64,000 nt of DNA from positions 1 to 64,000 of the IMG/VR virus record IMGVR_UViG_3300005758_000017; one strand, given 5' to 3'. Source of the DNA: a virus (taxonomy: Duplodnaviria; Caudoviricetes). Position 1 is the first letter of the stretch. Each line of letters opens with the position of its first letter. The position numbers were made by a program, and so were the translations under genes. This document shows positions 50,448 to 59,407 of this stretch, piece after piece. Below the pieces are notes generated by a model, which did not search any database, was not told where the DNA came from, and saw only the letters and a program-made list of their open reading frames with translations.

Positions 50448-50959
50448 GTAGACGTGCAGAAAAAACTCCCGTTAAGATAGATCTAGAGCGCCTCATCGAA
50501 GAAGCGTTAAAACTAACCTGGGACGAAGTAAACCAAAAAACAATAACCCAAGTTGCAATACAAAACGGGGGTGTTGATGATTGGGCCGAAGGCACCGGGT
50601 CTAGACCGAATACTTCAGAGACTCAATGGGATAAACTACATCCTAGTTTAGCAGGAACATGGTGGGAAACTGACTTCTTCCCTAGCTTGCCGTGGAAGGT
50701 ATATCGCACTCGCATTATGACAATGGAAGGTCGTCGTTGCTATAGTATTCACAAAGACGATAATCCTAGATTGCATATTGCATTAAAAACTTCAGGCCAA
50801 GCTAGATTTATTTTTACTAACCCTCCAGAAATCATACACATACCAGCAGACGGGCATGTCTGGTGGGTTGATACAAGAAATGAGCATACTGCAATAAATG
50901 GATCAATTGAGCCGCGTGTACATTTATTAATGAGCTTGGTTAGCAACGACACAGATTAA
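50444..50959 (+). CDS. Cupin / Asp-Asn beta-hydroxylase-like Fe(II) oxygenase
   Basis: Motifs RTRIM...YSIHKD, RLHIAL and VDTRNEHTAING..PRVHL. Confidence 0.75.
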   Translation: MSRRAEKTPVKIDLERLIEEALKLTWDEVNQKTITQVAIQNGGVDDWAEGTGSRPNTSETQWDKLHPSLAGTWWETDFFPSLPWKVYRTRIMTMEGRRCYSIHKDDNPRLHIALKTSGQARFIFTNPPEIIHIPADGHVWWVDTRNEHTAINGSIEPRVHLLMSLVSNDTD

Positions 50960-50974
50960 TGGCTACATACAAGT

Positions 50975-51637
50975 ATGAGTCTATATGTTAAAACTACCAA
51001 TGCTGACGAGTTCAAAGATTGTCGTGCAGACTATATTGTCTTTTTAAAAAAGATAGCCAGGCTAAAAAGCCCTGCATTTGTCAATATGGGTCCACAGATG
51101 CCAATGGGATTCTTGCATTTAGTTGATAACTTAAAAAGGTGGCGCAAGGACCAGGGAGAAATTGGCTTATTGTATGATAACACTTCTGGATCAGTTGTTG
51201 GTATCAGTGCAGTTGAGCATTGCCCATTATCCTCAGAATTAAGTTCAGGTGGCAATCGTTGTTGGATACTTCCAAAGTACAGGCAGAACAATGAAATCAC
51301 AAAGTATCTGTTAAAGTCTAACTTGGATTGGTCTAGAACTAATAACAAAGCTGGAATGTTGTTAACATTCAACGAATACAACAAATGGATCTATGATACA
51401 GTAGTTAAGTTATCTACTAATTCAGGAGCCACTTTAGGTACCGTATGGAGCGACTGGTGGGACGATTGCATTGCACTTCCTAGGATGGTAAGATTACATA
51501 ATACCCCACAATGGGCAATTATCAAACCTATTGATGAGTCTCGTTGCAAAGAAATGGTAGAAGAGATAGACAAAAAATATGGCGTTAGAGATAAGCCTTT
51601 TATTACAACATCCGTGAAAAATGTCCAATATCGTTAA
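50975..51637 (+). CDS. GNAT-like acyltransferase-fold protein
   Basis: VVGIS...GNRCWILPKYR resembles GNAT motif A. Confidence 0.5.
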   Translation: MSLYVKTTNADEFKDCRADYIVFLKKIARLKSPAFVNMGPQMPMGFLHLVDNLKRWRKDQGEIGLLYDNTSGSVVGISAVEHCPLSSELSSGGNRCWILPKYRQNNEITKYLLKSNLDWSRTNNKAGMLLTFNEYNKWIYDTVVKLSTNSGATLGTVWSDWWDDCIALPRMVRLHNTPQWAIIKPIDESRCKEMVEEIDKKYGVRDKPFITTSVKNVQYR

Positions 51638-52574
51638 TACAGAAAACAACTATCTCATTTATTATTACAACGATGACGTCAATCAGTATTGGCGTTATGA
51701 TAAGCATGACACTACTCATATGCGAGTCGGTGGATGTACCCGTAAACCTTTTTCGTTTAAAACTGAAATCATTAGGACTGCAAGATCGCTAATGGAAATA
51801 TATCCCAATCTAACAGTTTTTATGAGTGGTGGTCTAGACAGCGAAATAGCATTGCGAGCGTTTCTTGCCGCAGGACTTCGCCCCAAATTAGCAACTGTTA
51901 GATTCCCCAATGGTGCTAACGACCACGACATTGGACCAATGTTAAAAATGATTCAAGGGATGGGACTTCAATGTCAAATCATTGATTTTAATATTGAAAA
52001 GTTTGTTGAAACAGGTGAATGTTATGAAATTGCCAAACGTTATCAGGCATATAGTTTATACCAGCAAATGTTATTGCGTGTAGCAGAAGGTTATGCCGCA
52101 CCAATGATCACTGTCGACGAAGTTGAACTTGAAAAGATACCTAGTATAGATTGGGATACTGGTAAGAGCACTCAACAATGGTACTTTCTTAAAAAAGAAG
52201 ACCAAGATGGCGTATGGAGAAGATTTAATAAGATATCAGGTATTCCAGCTCTAAACAACTTTTACACATACAGCCCAGAATCTATGTTAGCATTTTTAGA
52301 TTTGCCAACAGTCGATGATTTAATCAACGACAGAATTTATGGGAAACTAGGATGGACTAGCAGTAAGATACAAATTTATTCGCATACAGGTTTTCAATTT
52401 AGGCCTCGTCCAAAGTTTACAGGCGTAGAAAATTATATGCACCTTTGGAACCAAGTACAGTATAACATACACGAACATCTTGGAGAAATGTTACCGCGTG
52501 GTTACGGAATACCAGCGTTAGAGTTGAGGGATAATCTTAGAGCAGGGAAAGAATCATTATGTCATATAATTTAA
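51621..52574 (+). CDS. PP-loop (N-type ATP pyrophosphatase / Asn synthetase-like) enzyme
   Basis: VFMSGGLDSE PP-loop. Confidence 0.7.
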   Translation: MSNIVNTENNYLIYYYNDDVNQYWRYDKHDTTHMRVGGCTRKPFSFKTEIIRTARSLMEIYPNLTVFMSGGLDSEIALRAFLAAGLRPKLATVRFPNGANDHDIGPMLKMIQGMGLQCQIIDFNIEKFVETGECYEIAKRYQAYSLYQQMLLRVAEGYAAPMITVDEVELEKIPSIDWDTGKSTQQWYFLKKEDQDGVWRRFNKISGIPALNNFYTYSPESMLAFLDLPTVDDLINDRIYGKLGWTSSKIQIYSHTGFQFRPRPKFTGVENYMHLWNQVQYNIHEHLGEMLPRGYGIPALELRDNLRAGKESLCHII

Positions 52575-53197
52575 AACCATTAGACGAACACGACATTGAC
52601 CTTATGGTCAATACCGCTGTTGAAATTTACAATAACAGTGATCCAGACAAGTATCCAGACTTTAAAATTACCAATGATGTTGATAGGGAAACAAGGTTTA
52701 AAAAGTTCTTTAGACTTTTTGTAATGCCTGCTAGATTTAACAACCATAATGTACGCAAGGCATTTGGATTATTCAAAGACGACGAATGTGTAGCACTTGT
52801 GGGAGTGCGCCGCTGGGGCCATATGCCAAGCTGGAGCATTAGCTGGTTACTGAGCCCAAGCATTGGACCACGCTTTATTCCTATGTTTAGAATCATAGTT
52901 GCAGAGCTATGCAAGTTCCACGAAGAAGCTGGTATGAACGAGTTCTTTGTTACATACCCAAGCGATAGAGAAAGTGCTTATAGCAGAATTATGGCACCTG
53001 TGCGTGAACGCTATTACACGTTTGTTGAATGTACTGTAGCAAAAGGTGAGCGCCACCCATATGGATTTATACACGAGCTAATGGGAGGCGTACTGCATCC
53101 ACACGACATGAGTTTAAGAAGATATATACTTCGTCGAGAGAACACAGAACCGTTAAATGCTGGCGGGAAAATAACTAGGATCAAAGAGAACAAATGA
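52559..53197 (+). CDS. GNAT-like fold protein
   Basis: AFGLFKDDECVALVG...W.ISW...AGMNEFF topology; weak call. Confidence 0.45.
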   Translation: MSYNLKPLDEHDIDLMVNTAVEIYNNSDPDKYPDFKITNDVDRETRFKKFFRLFVMPARFNNHNVRKAFGLFKDDECVALVGVRRWGHMPSWSISWLLSPSIGPRFIPMFRIIVAELCKFHEEAGMNEFFVTYPSDRESAYSRIMAPVRERYYTFVECTVAKGERHPYGFIHELMGGVLHPHDMSLRRYILRRENTEPLNAGGKITRIKENK

Positions 53198-54102
53198 CAG
53201 TAGCAACATGGCTTGATACCCAAAAAGAATTATATCGTAAAACGCACCAAGTTCCATACATTTTAGCTGTATGGATTCCTTATCATTTGGCAGCTATAGT
53301 TGCTATTATTTGGGCAATCGCCACCGGATGGTCGTGGTGGTACCTTGTATGGGCAATCGCTGGTTGGGTACTACTAGACGGAATTGGAAACAATCTAACA
53401 CTACACCGCTGGTTAAGTCATAAGTCATGGAAGCCATATAAGATAGTAGAACCGTTTTTATTATGGGCAAGCGTTATGGTAGGCGAAGGTAGCCCATTAT
53501 GGTGGGCGGCACTACACCGCGGACATCATCATAAAGTAAGCGATCAACCTGGCAAGGACATTCATACACCAGTAGAAAACGGCTGGCTTTGGAGTTACAT
53601 GGCATGGCAGTTCCATATCAAACAAGATAGTGTAAGTTTCCGCTATGCTGTAGATCTTTTAAAAGATAAGCGAGTGGTATTCTGTCATGAAAACTATAAC
53701 AAGATTATTTTGGTTACTTTGTTGTTAAGTACATTCTTCTTTGGCTTAGCATTTACAGTTTGGTTCTTTATTGTCGGTAGCTTAATGAGCTTACATGCAG
53801 ATGGCCTTGTTAACACGTTTGGTCATGTACCTGCCGCAGGATATAAAAACTTTGATAACAAAGACCAAAGTACAAACGTCTGGTGGATTGGCTACTTCCA
53901 CTGGGGTTCGGGTTGGCATAACAACCATCATAGAGAAGCAAGTAGCTTTGACTTTGGTACTACTGTTAGTGGCCGCCCACATGAATTTGATCCTTGTATG
54001 CTTTTAATGATTCCTTTTGCACCTCCTTCGGAAGTAAAACGCTTGTGGCAGAAAAGAAAAGATGCTATAATTGCTAGAGATACTTCCAAGGAATCAACAT
54101 GA
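53194..54102 (+). CDS. Membrane fatty-acid desaturase (delta-9 / DesC-OLE1 type)
   Basis: His boxes HRWLSH, HRGHH and WHNNHH, plus VNTFGH and transmembrane segments. Confidence 0.93.
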   Translation: MTVATWLDTQKELYRKTHQVPYILAVWIPYHLAAIVAIIWAIATGWSWWYLVWAIAGWVLLDGIGNNLTLHRWLSHKSWKPYKIVEPFLLWASVMVGEGSPLWWAALHRGHHHKVSDQPGKDIHTPVENGWLWSYMAWQFHIKQDSVSFRYAVDLLKDKRVVFCHENYNKIILVTLLLSTFFFGLAFTVWFFIVGSLMSLHADGLVNTFGHVPAAGYKNFDNKDQSTNVWWIGYFHWGSGWHNNHHREASSFDFGTTVSGRPHEFDPCMLLMIPFAPPSEVKRLWQKRKDAIIARDTSKEST

Positions 54103-54764
54103 ACGTTAAACTATTATCATACTCACAACCTACAAAAGAATTTGCCGATTTGGGAATTAGCGATGCACAAGAGCTGATTGCTTATTGTGCTCGCGTATCC
54201 AATCCTAGCAATCAATTCAACACAGAAACATCTGAAAAACTTATTCGATATCTGATCAAGCACCAACACTGGTCTCCACTTGAGATGGTGTCGGCTTGTA
54301 TAGAAATTGAAACTACTAGAGACATTGCTCGACAGATATTAAGACACCGTAGTTTTAGCTTCCAAGAGTTTTCTCAACGCTATGCTGATCCAACAAAAGA
54401 TCTTAATTTTGTTATACGCGAAGCTAGACTACAAGATCTAAAGAATAGACAGAATTCTGTTGAAACAAATGACGAACGCCTACAAAGAGAATGGGAACTT
54501 TGTCAAAACAATGTTATTACTGAAGCACGTATGGCTTATCAATGGGCCATTGAGAATGGTATTGCCAAAGAGCAGGCTCGTGCAGTATTACCAGAAGGAC
54601 TTATTGAAAGTCGCTTGTACATGAACGGAACATTGCGTTCATGGATTCACTTTATTGAATTACGTAGCGCCAACGGTACACAGAAAGAGCATCAAGAAGT
54701 TGCAAAAGCTTGTGCCGAAGTCATTGCTACAGTTTTCCCATTAGCAGGTAGCCTAACACAATGA
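54099..54764 (+). CDS. thyX: Flavin-dependent thymidylate synthase
   Basis: Motifs HWSPLEM, RHRSFSFQEFSQRY and KEQARAVLP. Confidence 0.97.
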   Translation: MNVKLLSYSQPTKEFADLGISDAQELIAYCARVSNPSNQFNTETSEKLIRYLIKHQHWSPLEMVSACIEIETTRDIARQILRHRSFSFQEFSQRYADPTKDLNFVIREARLQDLKNRQNSVETNDERLQREWELCQNNVITEARMAYQWAIENGIAKEQARAVLPEGLIESRLYMNGTLRSWIHFIELRSANGTQKEHQEVAKACAEVIATVFPLAGSLTQ

Positions 54765-55540
54765 TTAAAACTATCAACAACCAACCTTGGATAAGCTTTG
54801 ACAAGCATGTAGACATAGATGCGCTTAACGCATTGAAGATTGAAACCTGTAAAGGCTTTGCACAAAGTTGGTCTGTTGGCCATGTGCTACCTAGCGTTGC
54901 AGGTATTGGTCCAAATTGGCCAAATGGTACAGGTGCATTACCTAAACCTGTCGGAAGAGAATTAGTTGATATTATGCACGAAACTAAGCGTAATCCAAAT
55001 GCTCTTGGACACCATGAATTAATAGAACTTACCAAGGATATTAATTCATATGGTTATATGTTTTTGAAGTTGATTGGTGATAACTTAGGCATTGGTTATA
55101 ACTTATACCTACGTGCGCCTACTACACAAGACTATAACGACAAGCACTTAGAAAGCAAAACAACTTGGACAAAGGCTGCGGCAAACTTTAAGCCACTTAT
55201 TAAGTGGGTACACGATCAGGGTATTTTTAGTGAGATTGGCCGAGTAGTTGTATTCTTTAACGACCAAGACCAGCATTGCTTAATGCACAGGGACCGTAGC
55301 GATCTAAATCCAGTCCCTACACCTGACAACTTTATCTGGATTAACTTGTTTCCTGATCGTAAACAGTTTTACATTTATGATGGGGAGACAGGCGAAGAAC
55401 ATCCTATTACTAGTCAAGTAGCTTGGTTTGATACTGAAAACTGGCATGCTAGTAAAAGCAGTCCGTTCGCTGCCTTTAGTGTTCGCTTTGATGGTGTCTT
55501 CACTGACGAATGGAAGGCCCGTACAGGCCTTTCCATTTAA
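54761..55540 (+). CDS. Cupin/2OG-Fe(II) oxygenase-like protein
   Basis: Motifs LMHRD, IWINL, AWFDTENWH and FSVRFDG. Confidence 0.6.
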   Translation: MIKTINNQPWISFDKHVDIDALNALKIETCKGFAQSWSVGHVLPSVAGIGPNWPNGTGALPKPVGRELVDIMHETKRNPNALGHHELIELTKDINSYGYMFLKLIGDNLGIGYNLYLRAPTTQDYNDKHLESKTTWTKAAANFKPLIKWVHDQGIFSEIGRVVVFFNDQDQHCLMHRDRSDLNPVPTPDNFIWINLFPDRKQFYIYDGETGEEHPITSQVAWFDTENWHASKSSPFAAFSVRFDGVFTDEWKARTGLSI

Positions 55541-56604
55541 GCTGAATAAGATTTAGTAGCGGTTAGCTTGCCGCTCTCATCTTCCCATAAGAATCCCCAA
55601 GCATTGTTATACCTGGTGATAGTAGGAAGACTAGGCCACTTTGTCTTAAACTTAAAGTAGTTGTCATTTGGCCAAATTTCATTGATTAATTTCTTAGCTG
55701 GTAGCTTGTAAGTATTCCATCTGCCGCCAACCTTTTCTTCTTTAGTATACAGAGCCCAACGTTGATAGTCTTCACTATCAAAGAAGTTGATAACATTAGC
55801 TGCCATATACTCTGCTTGTTCAGCAGTAGGCGAGTGCATACTCATACGATACTTAACAGCTTGCCACTTCATAGCAAAATTTAACCACCACAGGAAGTCA
55901 TGGTTTGATTCAATAGGAATAGGTGCGGCATTGACTAAATCGTAAAGCATTTGCTCACGTTCATCCCTGTGGTCTTCTACTTTATCTAACAACCATATCA
56001 AACTTTCAGTTTCCCAGTTGCTGTGAATCGATTTGTAGTCTCTGGTATAGTCCATATAACTTTTTAAAGTTAAACTACCAAACAGGTTATCAGCACATTC
56101 GCCAGTAATACATAGGTAATCTGGGTTTGTAACAATGCTGTAAAAATGATTGCTCGATATTAAGTTATGTCCAAAGTTTGGAAGAATCATTTCATAGAAG
56201 AAATCTGGGTTCTCTACTTGACTGTCTTCGTTGAACGCTAGTAGCACTTTGTCCTTAATTCTTCCCCAACCCGGATGACTTACCAATAAGCACACAATAA
56301 GAGTAGAATCAATACCACCGGAGTACAAAACAACAAGATTCTTTTTATCCGATGATTCAAATTTTTTAACAATATCATCTATTCTTTTGTAACTGCAACT
56401 GTCAAAAGTTTCAACATGGGCAAGTTCTGGTATAGGGCTATTGTTAAAAACAGGAACGCCAGGTATATCTAATGTACCTGTCCTATCACTTAGACTAATC
56501 CAAGGATTAAACATTTTTAGAAAACTTCTATGTACAGGTGAGACTTCAATAGATGCATCGTTTAATAAACGATGTGGGATATAGTATAGTAATTTTTTCA
56601 TCAC
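55537..56604 (-). CDS. Asparagine synthetase C-domain-like PP-loop enzyme, with no glutaminase domain
   Basis: Motifs VLYSGGIDST and ITGECADNLFGS (compare AsnB GEGADE). Confidence 0.75.
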   Translation of the reverse strand: MMKKLLYYIPHRLLNDASIEVSPVHRSFLKMFNPWISLSDRTGTLDIPGVPVFNNSPIPELAHVETFDSCSYKRIDDIVKKFESSDKKNLVVLYSGGIDSTLIVCLLVSHPGWGRIKDKVLLAFNEDSQVENPDFFYEMILPNFGHNLISSNHFYSIVTNPDYLCITGECADNLFGSLTLKSYMDYTRDYKSIHSNWETESLIWLLDKVEDHRDEREQMLYDLVNAAPIPIESNHDFLWWLNFAMKWQAVKYRMSMHSPTAEQAEYMAANVINFFDSEDYQRWALYTKEEKVGGRWNTYKLPAKKLINEIWPNDNYFKFKTKWPSLPTITRYNNAWGFLWEDESGKLTATKSYSA

Positions 56605-57221
56605 ATTAACATGCTTAAGAATGAGTCCTCTTCCATAGCGGCTCTAATTTTTGTCATATCATCTTTATCAACAGCTTGACGAATTGCATGTTGATGCTTG
56701 AGTCTAATAAACTCAAGCTTACGAATAAGGCCTTCTTGGTTATCGTGTTTAACTTTAATAACCTTTGCAGCCGTTAATAGGTCAGATCCAATTACAGATG
56801 CGTAATCTTCTACCATACCCGTGTCTCCTGGTAGCCCTTGGATTACTCTATCTGCTTGCTCTGCTTTAATTTTATATGCTTCCTGTTGCCACGGTACCAT
56901 ATCGTTAAAACGTTTGTACCCATGTGCAATTCGCATATCAAGTTCAATGATCAAATTGACTTTTGCTTGAAGTTGCATAGAAAGGATCTTAATATCCTTT
57001 GTTCTTTCTTCTTTAATGAATTCTGTTGTTCTTGCGTTTTTAAATTTAAGAACGTAGTCTAGATTGTTTTTCTTAAGGTCTTCTGCAACTGAATCTTCTA
57101 CAGAATAGACACGACAAATGGCTCTAAATTCTCCGCCACATGCACTTTCTAAAACAGCTAAACTTTCGTTCCACGCAAGAAGTTCGCCTTCGGCTGTACA
57201 CGCCAATGCTAACCAATGCAT
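56601..57221 (-). CDS. Hypothetical protein with a C-terminus resembling phage fibre-assembly chaperones
   Basis: QQEAYKIKAEQA...A..IKVK...LEFIRLKHQHAI pattern. Confidence 0.5.
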   Translation of the reverse strand: MHWLALACTAEGELLAWNESLAVLESACGGEFRAICRVYSVEDSVAEDLKKNNLDYVLKFKNARTTEFIKEERTKDIKILSMQLQAKVNLIIELDMRIAHGYKRFNDMVPWQQEAYKIKAEQADRVIQGLPGDTGMVEDYASVIGSDLLTAAKVIKVKHDNQEGLIRKLEFIRLKHQHAIRQAVDKDDMTKIRAAMEEDSFLSMLM

Positions 57222-57242
57222 AACTAACTCCTATGTTGTTAA

Positions 57243-57818
57243 TTAGTTATCGGGTGTAAGTGGGGTAGGTAATACCAGATCCGGGGTAAATCTAATGCTT
57301 AACATTAGTCTATGTTTATCTGGGTGGCGGTTCTCTACATTGTGTGGCAAGTTTACTTTTACAATAGTTGGAACATCAATGATAGTTTGCTCGATAATTT
57401 CTGGATCACAATTCCAATGTATTTTTAAAAGGCCTAAACCTTCAGCTGTCTTTGTTTCGCTCAATGTATGCTCGCCACCGTACCAATTCATATAGCCTTG
57501 TTCGCAGTTTTGTATAGGAATGTTCAATGCAAAGTTGCTTGCATTTTTTCTTTCAAGCGAATACCCGTCTATATGTATTCCGTAAGATTTGGCCGGATCA
57601 GATCCAAATAAAATTGCACCTTTTGGAATCCTATTAGGGAATCCATACGATGCTAAAGGATCTTTTAAAACCCTATAAACTAATGCCATGAACTCTTTAT
57701 CGTTTACACCAAAGAGTCTGCTTTGTAGATTTTTTGGCTCATGCGGCATTACTCTGTTGAGTATGAAATTTTGTATTTCTTGCCAGCCGCTACCTAGATC
57801 AATTTTCTGATAAAGCAT
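57243..57818 (-). CDS. Cupin/2OG-Fe(II) oxygenase-like protein
   Basis: Motifs IHIDG, FALNIPI, LPHNVEN and RLMLSIRF. The start is re-placed at ATG 57818 (TAATG overlap). Confidence 0.65.
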   Translation of the reverse strand: MLYQKIDLGSGWQEIQNFILNRVMPHEPKNLQSRLFGVNDKEFMALVYRVLKDPLASYGFPNRIPKGAILFGSDPAKSYGIHIDGYSLERKNASNFALNIPIQNCEQGYMNWYGGEHTLSETKTAEGLGLLKIHWNCDPEIIEQTIIDVPTIVKVNLPHNVENRHPDKHRLMLSIRFTPDLVLPTPLTPDN

Positions 57819-58282
57819 TATGTTCTTACCTTGTGAGATTTGTATGTGCCAAACAATAAGTCCCAAATGGGAATGAAAAGCCCAAAGTTAACCTTGTTGT
57901 TGTAATGATGAACCAAGTGCCATTTGCCACTTGTTAAAAACGGGAAAAGGTCAAACTTTGGATTGTGCTCGATTATTTCTTGAACAAAAGCCGCCCATAG
58001 ATAGTAAAATACGCTAACCCACCATTGTCCTGTAACCCAACTAAAGATTAATGTGGGCACAACTTCTGTAATCCATAGATCTAATGTGCTCATCCAGGTG
58101 TCGTTAAACAAGAACAAGTTATTCCAATGCCAAGTTGTTTGCTCGTGTGTGTTGATGTACTTGTGATGATCAGCGTGAGCATTAAATGCTACGGGAAAAA
58201 AGCGTAACCCAACAGAGTGGATTACGCGGTGAATAATGTAAAGGTATAAAGTCCAGATTATAAAAACAACAATGTAGTCCAT
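57818..58282 (-). CDS. Sterol desaturase / fatty-acid hydroxylase superfamily membrane enzyme
   Basis: His boxes HRVIH, HADHH, EH and HLVHH, plus NFG and WDLLFGT. Confidence 0.85.
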   Translation of the reverse strand: MDYIVVFIIWTLYLYIIHRVIHSVGLRFFPVAFNAHADHHKYINTHEQTTWHWNNLFLFNDTWMSTLDLWITEVVPTLIFSWVTGQWWVSVFYYLWAAFVQEIIEHNPKFDLFPFLTSGKWHLVHHYNNKVNFGLFIPIWDLLFGTYKSHKVRT

Positions 58283-58286
58283 GAAC

Positions 58287-58292
58287 TACTTA
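58287..58292 (-). promoter_or_regulatory. Late promoter motif TAAGTA-N4-ATG
   Basis: The minus strand reads GATAAGTAGTTCATG. Confidence 0.55.
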
Positions 58293-59060
58293 TCATGTTT
58301 TTAAGTCTTGCTCGCCTTCGTTTCCTAGTTTGTATATCTTAGAAGATTTCCCAGTTCTTTCAGTCCACTCGTAAAACTTACGAAATGCTTGATTGGGCTT
58401 ATCGCTGTGTAGCATTGTAACGGTAGGCCATACATCCCACCAATGTCTACTTGTAGTTTTTAGTTGTTCTACATAAGAAATATTACAAGGATGTAGTCGT
58501 AATCCGTTGATTGTATTATCTGGGCCAAAATAAACTTGGCTTGGCCCGTTTATAACTTTATGGTCGTCTAAAAACGCTGTAACCATTTCAGCTATATTAG
58601 CCCATTGTTCGGTTTCCAAATCCTTTTCAACTTGAATGCCGTTAACAAACTTAATGCATTGTACAATAACATGACGACCATTGTAACTTAAACTCTCTAC
58701 AATAAAATCGCCCGGCTTAGGCTTATCCTTATAGTAATGTTCCATTCGAATTGGATTGAACTCGACATTGTTTAAAAGGATTTGAGATTGGTGGTCTTCG
58801 ATAAAACTTTGACCAGTTAAATTATACGCAAGAGCCGAAGTAAATTTTACTTCTGAATCCCATGTATCTTGTTTTAAGTCTATTAGCTTTGCATTATATG
58901 CCTTTTCAAATTCCAAAGCACTGGGAAATTGTGTTTGGTAATCTGGTGTTGTGGCAATAGTAATTTCGAACTTTTCCCCAGTCTTAGTTTCTACACCTGG
59001 CTTTACAAGGCGCAATACCATTTCTGACGGGTTAAGAATTAAAAGATGATTTTGAGCCAT
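58293..59060 (-). CDS. Divergent ATP-grasp-like protein
   Basis: GDFIVESLSYNGRH and VINGPSQVY resemble the ATP-grasp C-domain. The start is re-placed at ATG 59060. Confidence 0.45.
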   Translation of the reverse strand: MAQNHLLILNPSEMVLRLVKPGVETKTGEKFEITIATTPDYQTQFPSALEFEKAYNAKLIDLKQDTWDSEVKFTSALAYNLTGQSFIEDHQSQILLNNVEFNPIRMEHYYKDKPKPGDFIVESLSYNGRHVIVQCIKFVNGIQVEKDLETEQWANIAEMVTAFLDDHKVINGPSQVYFGPDNTINGLRLHPCNISYVEQLKTTSRHWWDVWPTVTMLHSDKPNQAFRKFYEWTERTGKSSKIYKLGNEGEQDLKT

Positions 59061-59061
59061 G

Positions 59062-59364
59062 TTATTCCTGGTTAAAATGTGTAGCAAGTAATGCACCAAC
59101 AAATCTTGTTACCCTGGTTTTGATTAGTTCACTGTTCATCATAACTTCAAAGTCAACAATACGATCTAAGTACTGCTCAAGAGACTTAATACCAAGTAGT
59201 TCTTTACTAGTCTTAATATCAGTTAGTTCACTTTGTTTAAAAACAATTTCTGTACCATCATCGAGATAAACTTTAATCCAATCAATGTATTCGACCGGAA
59301 CTTCTTCAACATGTATTTCTCTTAACATGTTTTCGAAGCTTCGGTCCTTCTTACGAATACTCAT
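59062..59364 (-). CDS. Hypothetical protein
   Basis: 100 aa; GGAG SD before MSIRKK. Confidence 0.65.
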   Translation of the reverse strand: MSIRKKDRSFENMLREIHVEEVPVEYIDWIKVYLDDGTEIVFKQSELTDIKTSKELLGIKSLEQYLDRIVDFEVMMNSELIKTRVTRFVGALLATHFNQE

Positions 59365-59407
59365 TACTTGCTCCAAAACATTTTGATTTTCTTTAGTAGT
59401 CCTATTT

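Noticed and set aside
51621-56604. QueC / 7-deazaguanine DNA-modification pathway
   Set aside because: The PP-loop proteins lack the QueC C-terminal Cys zinc motif, and no folE, queD, queE or dpdA-like genes appear in the window.
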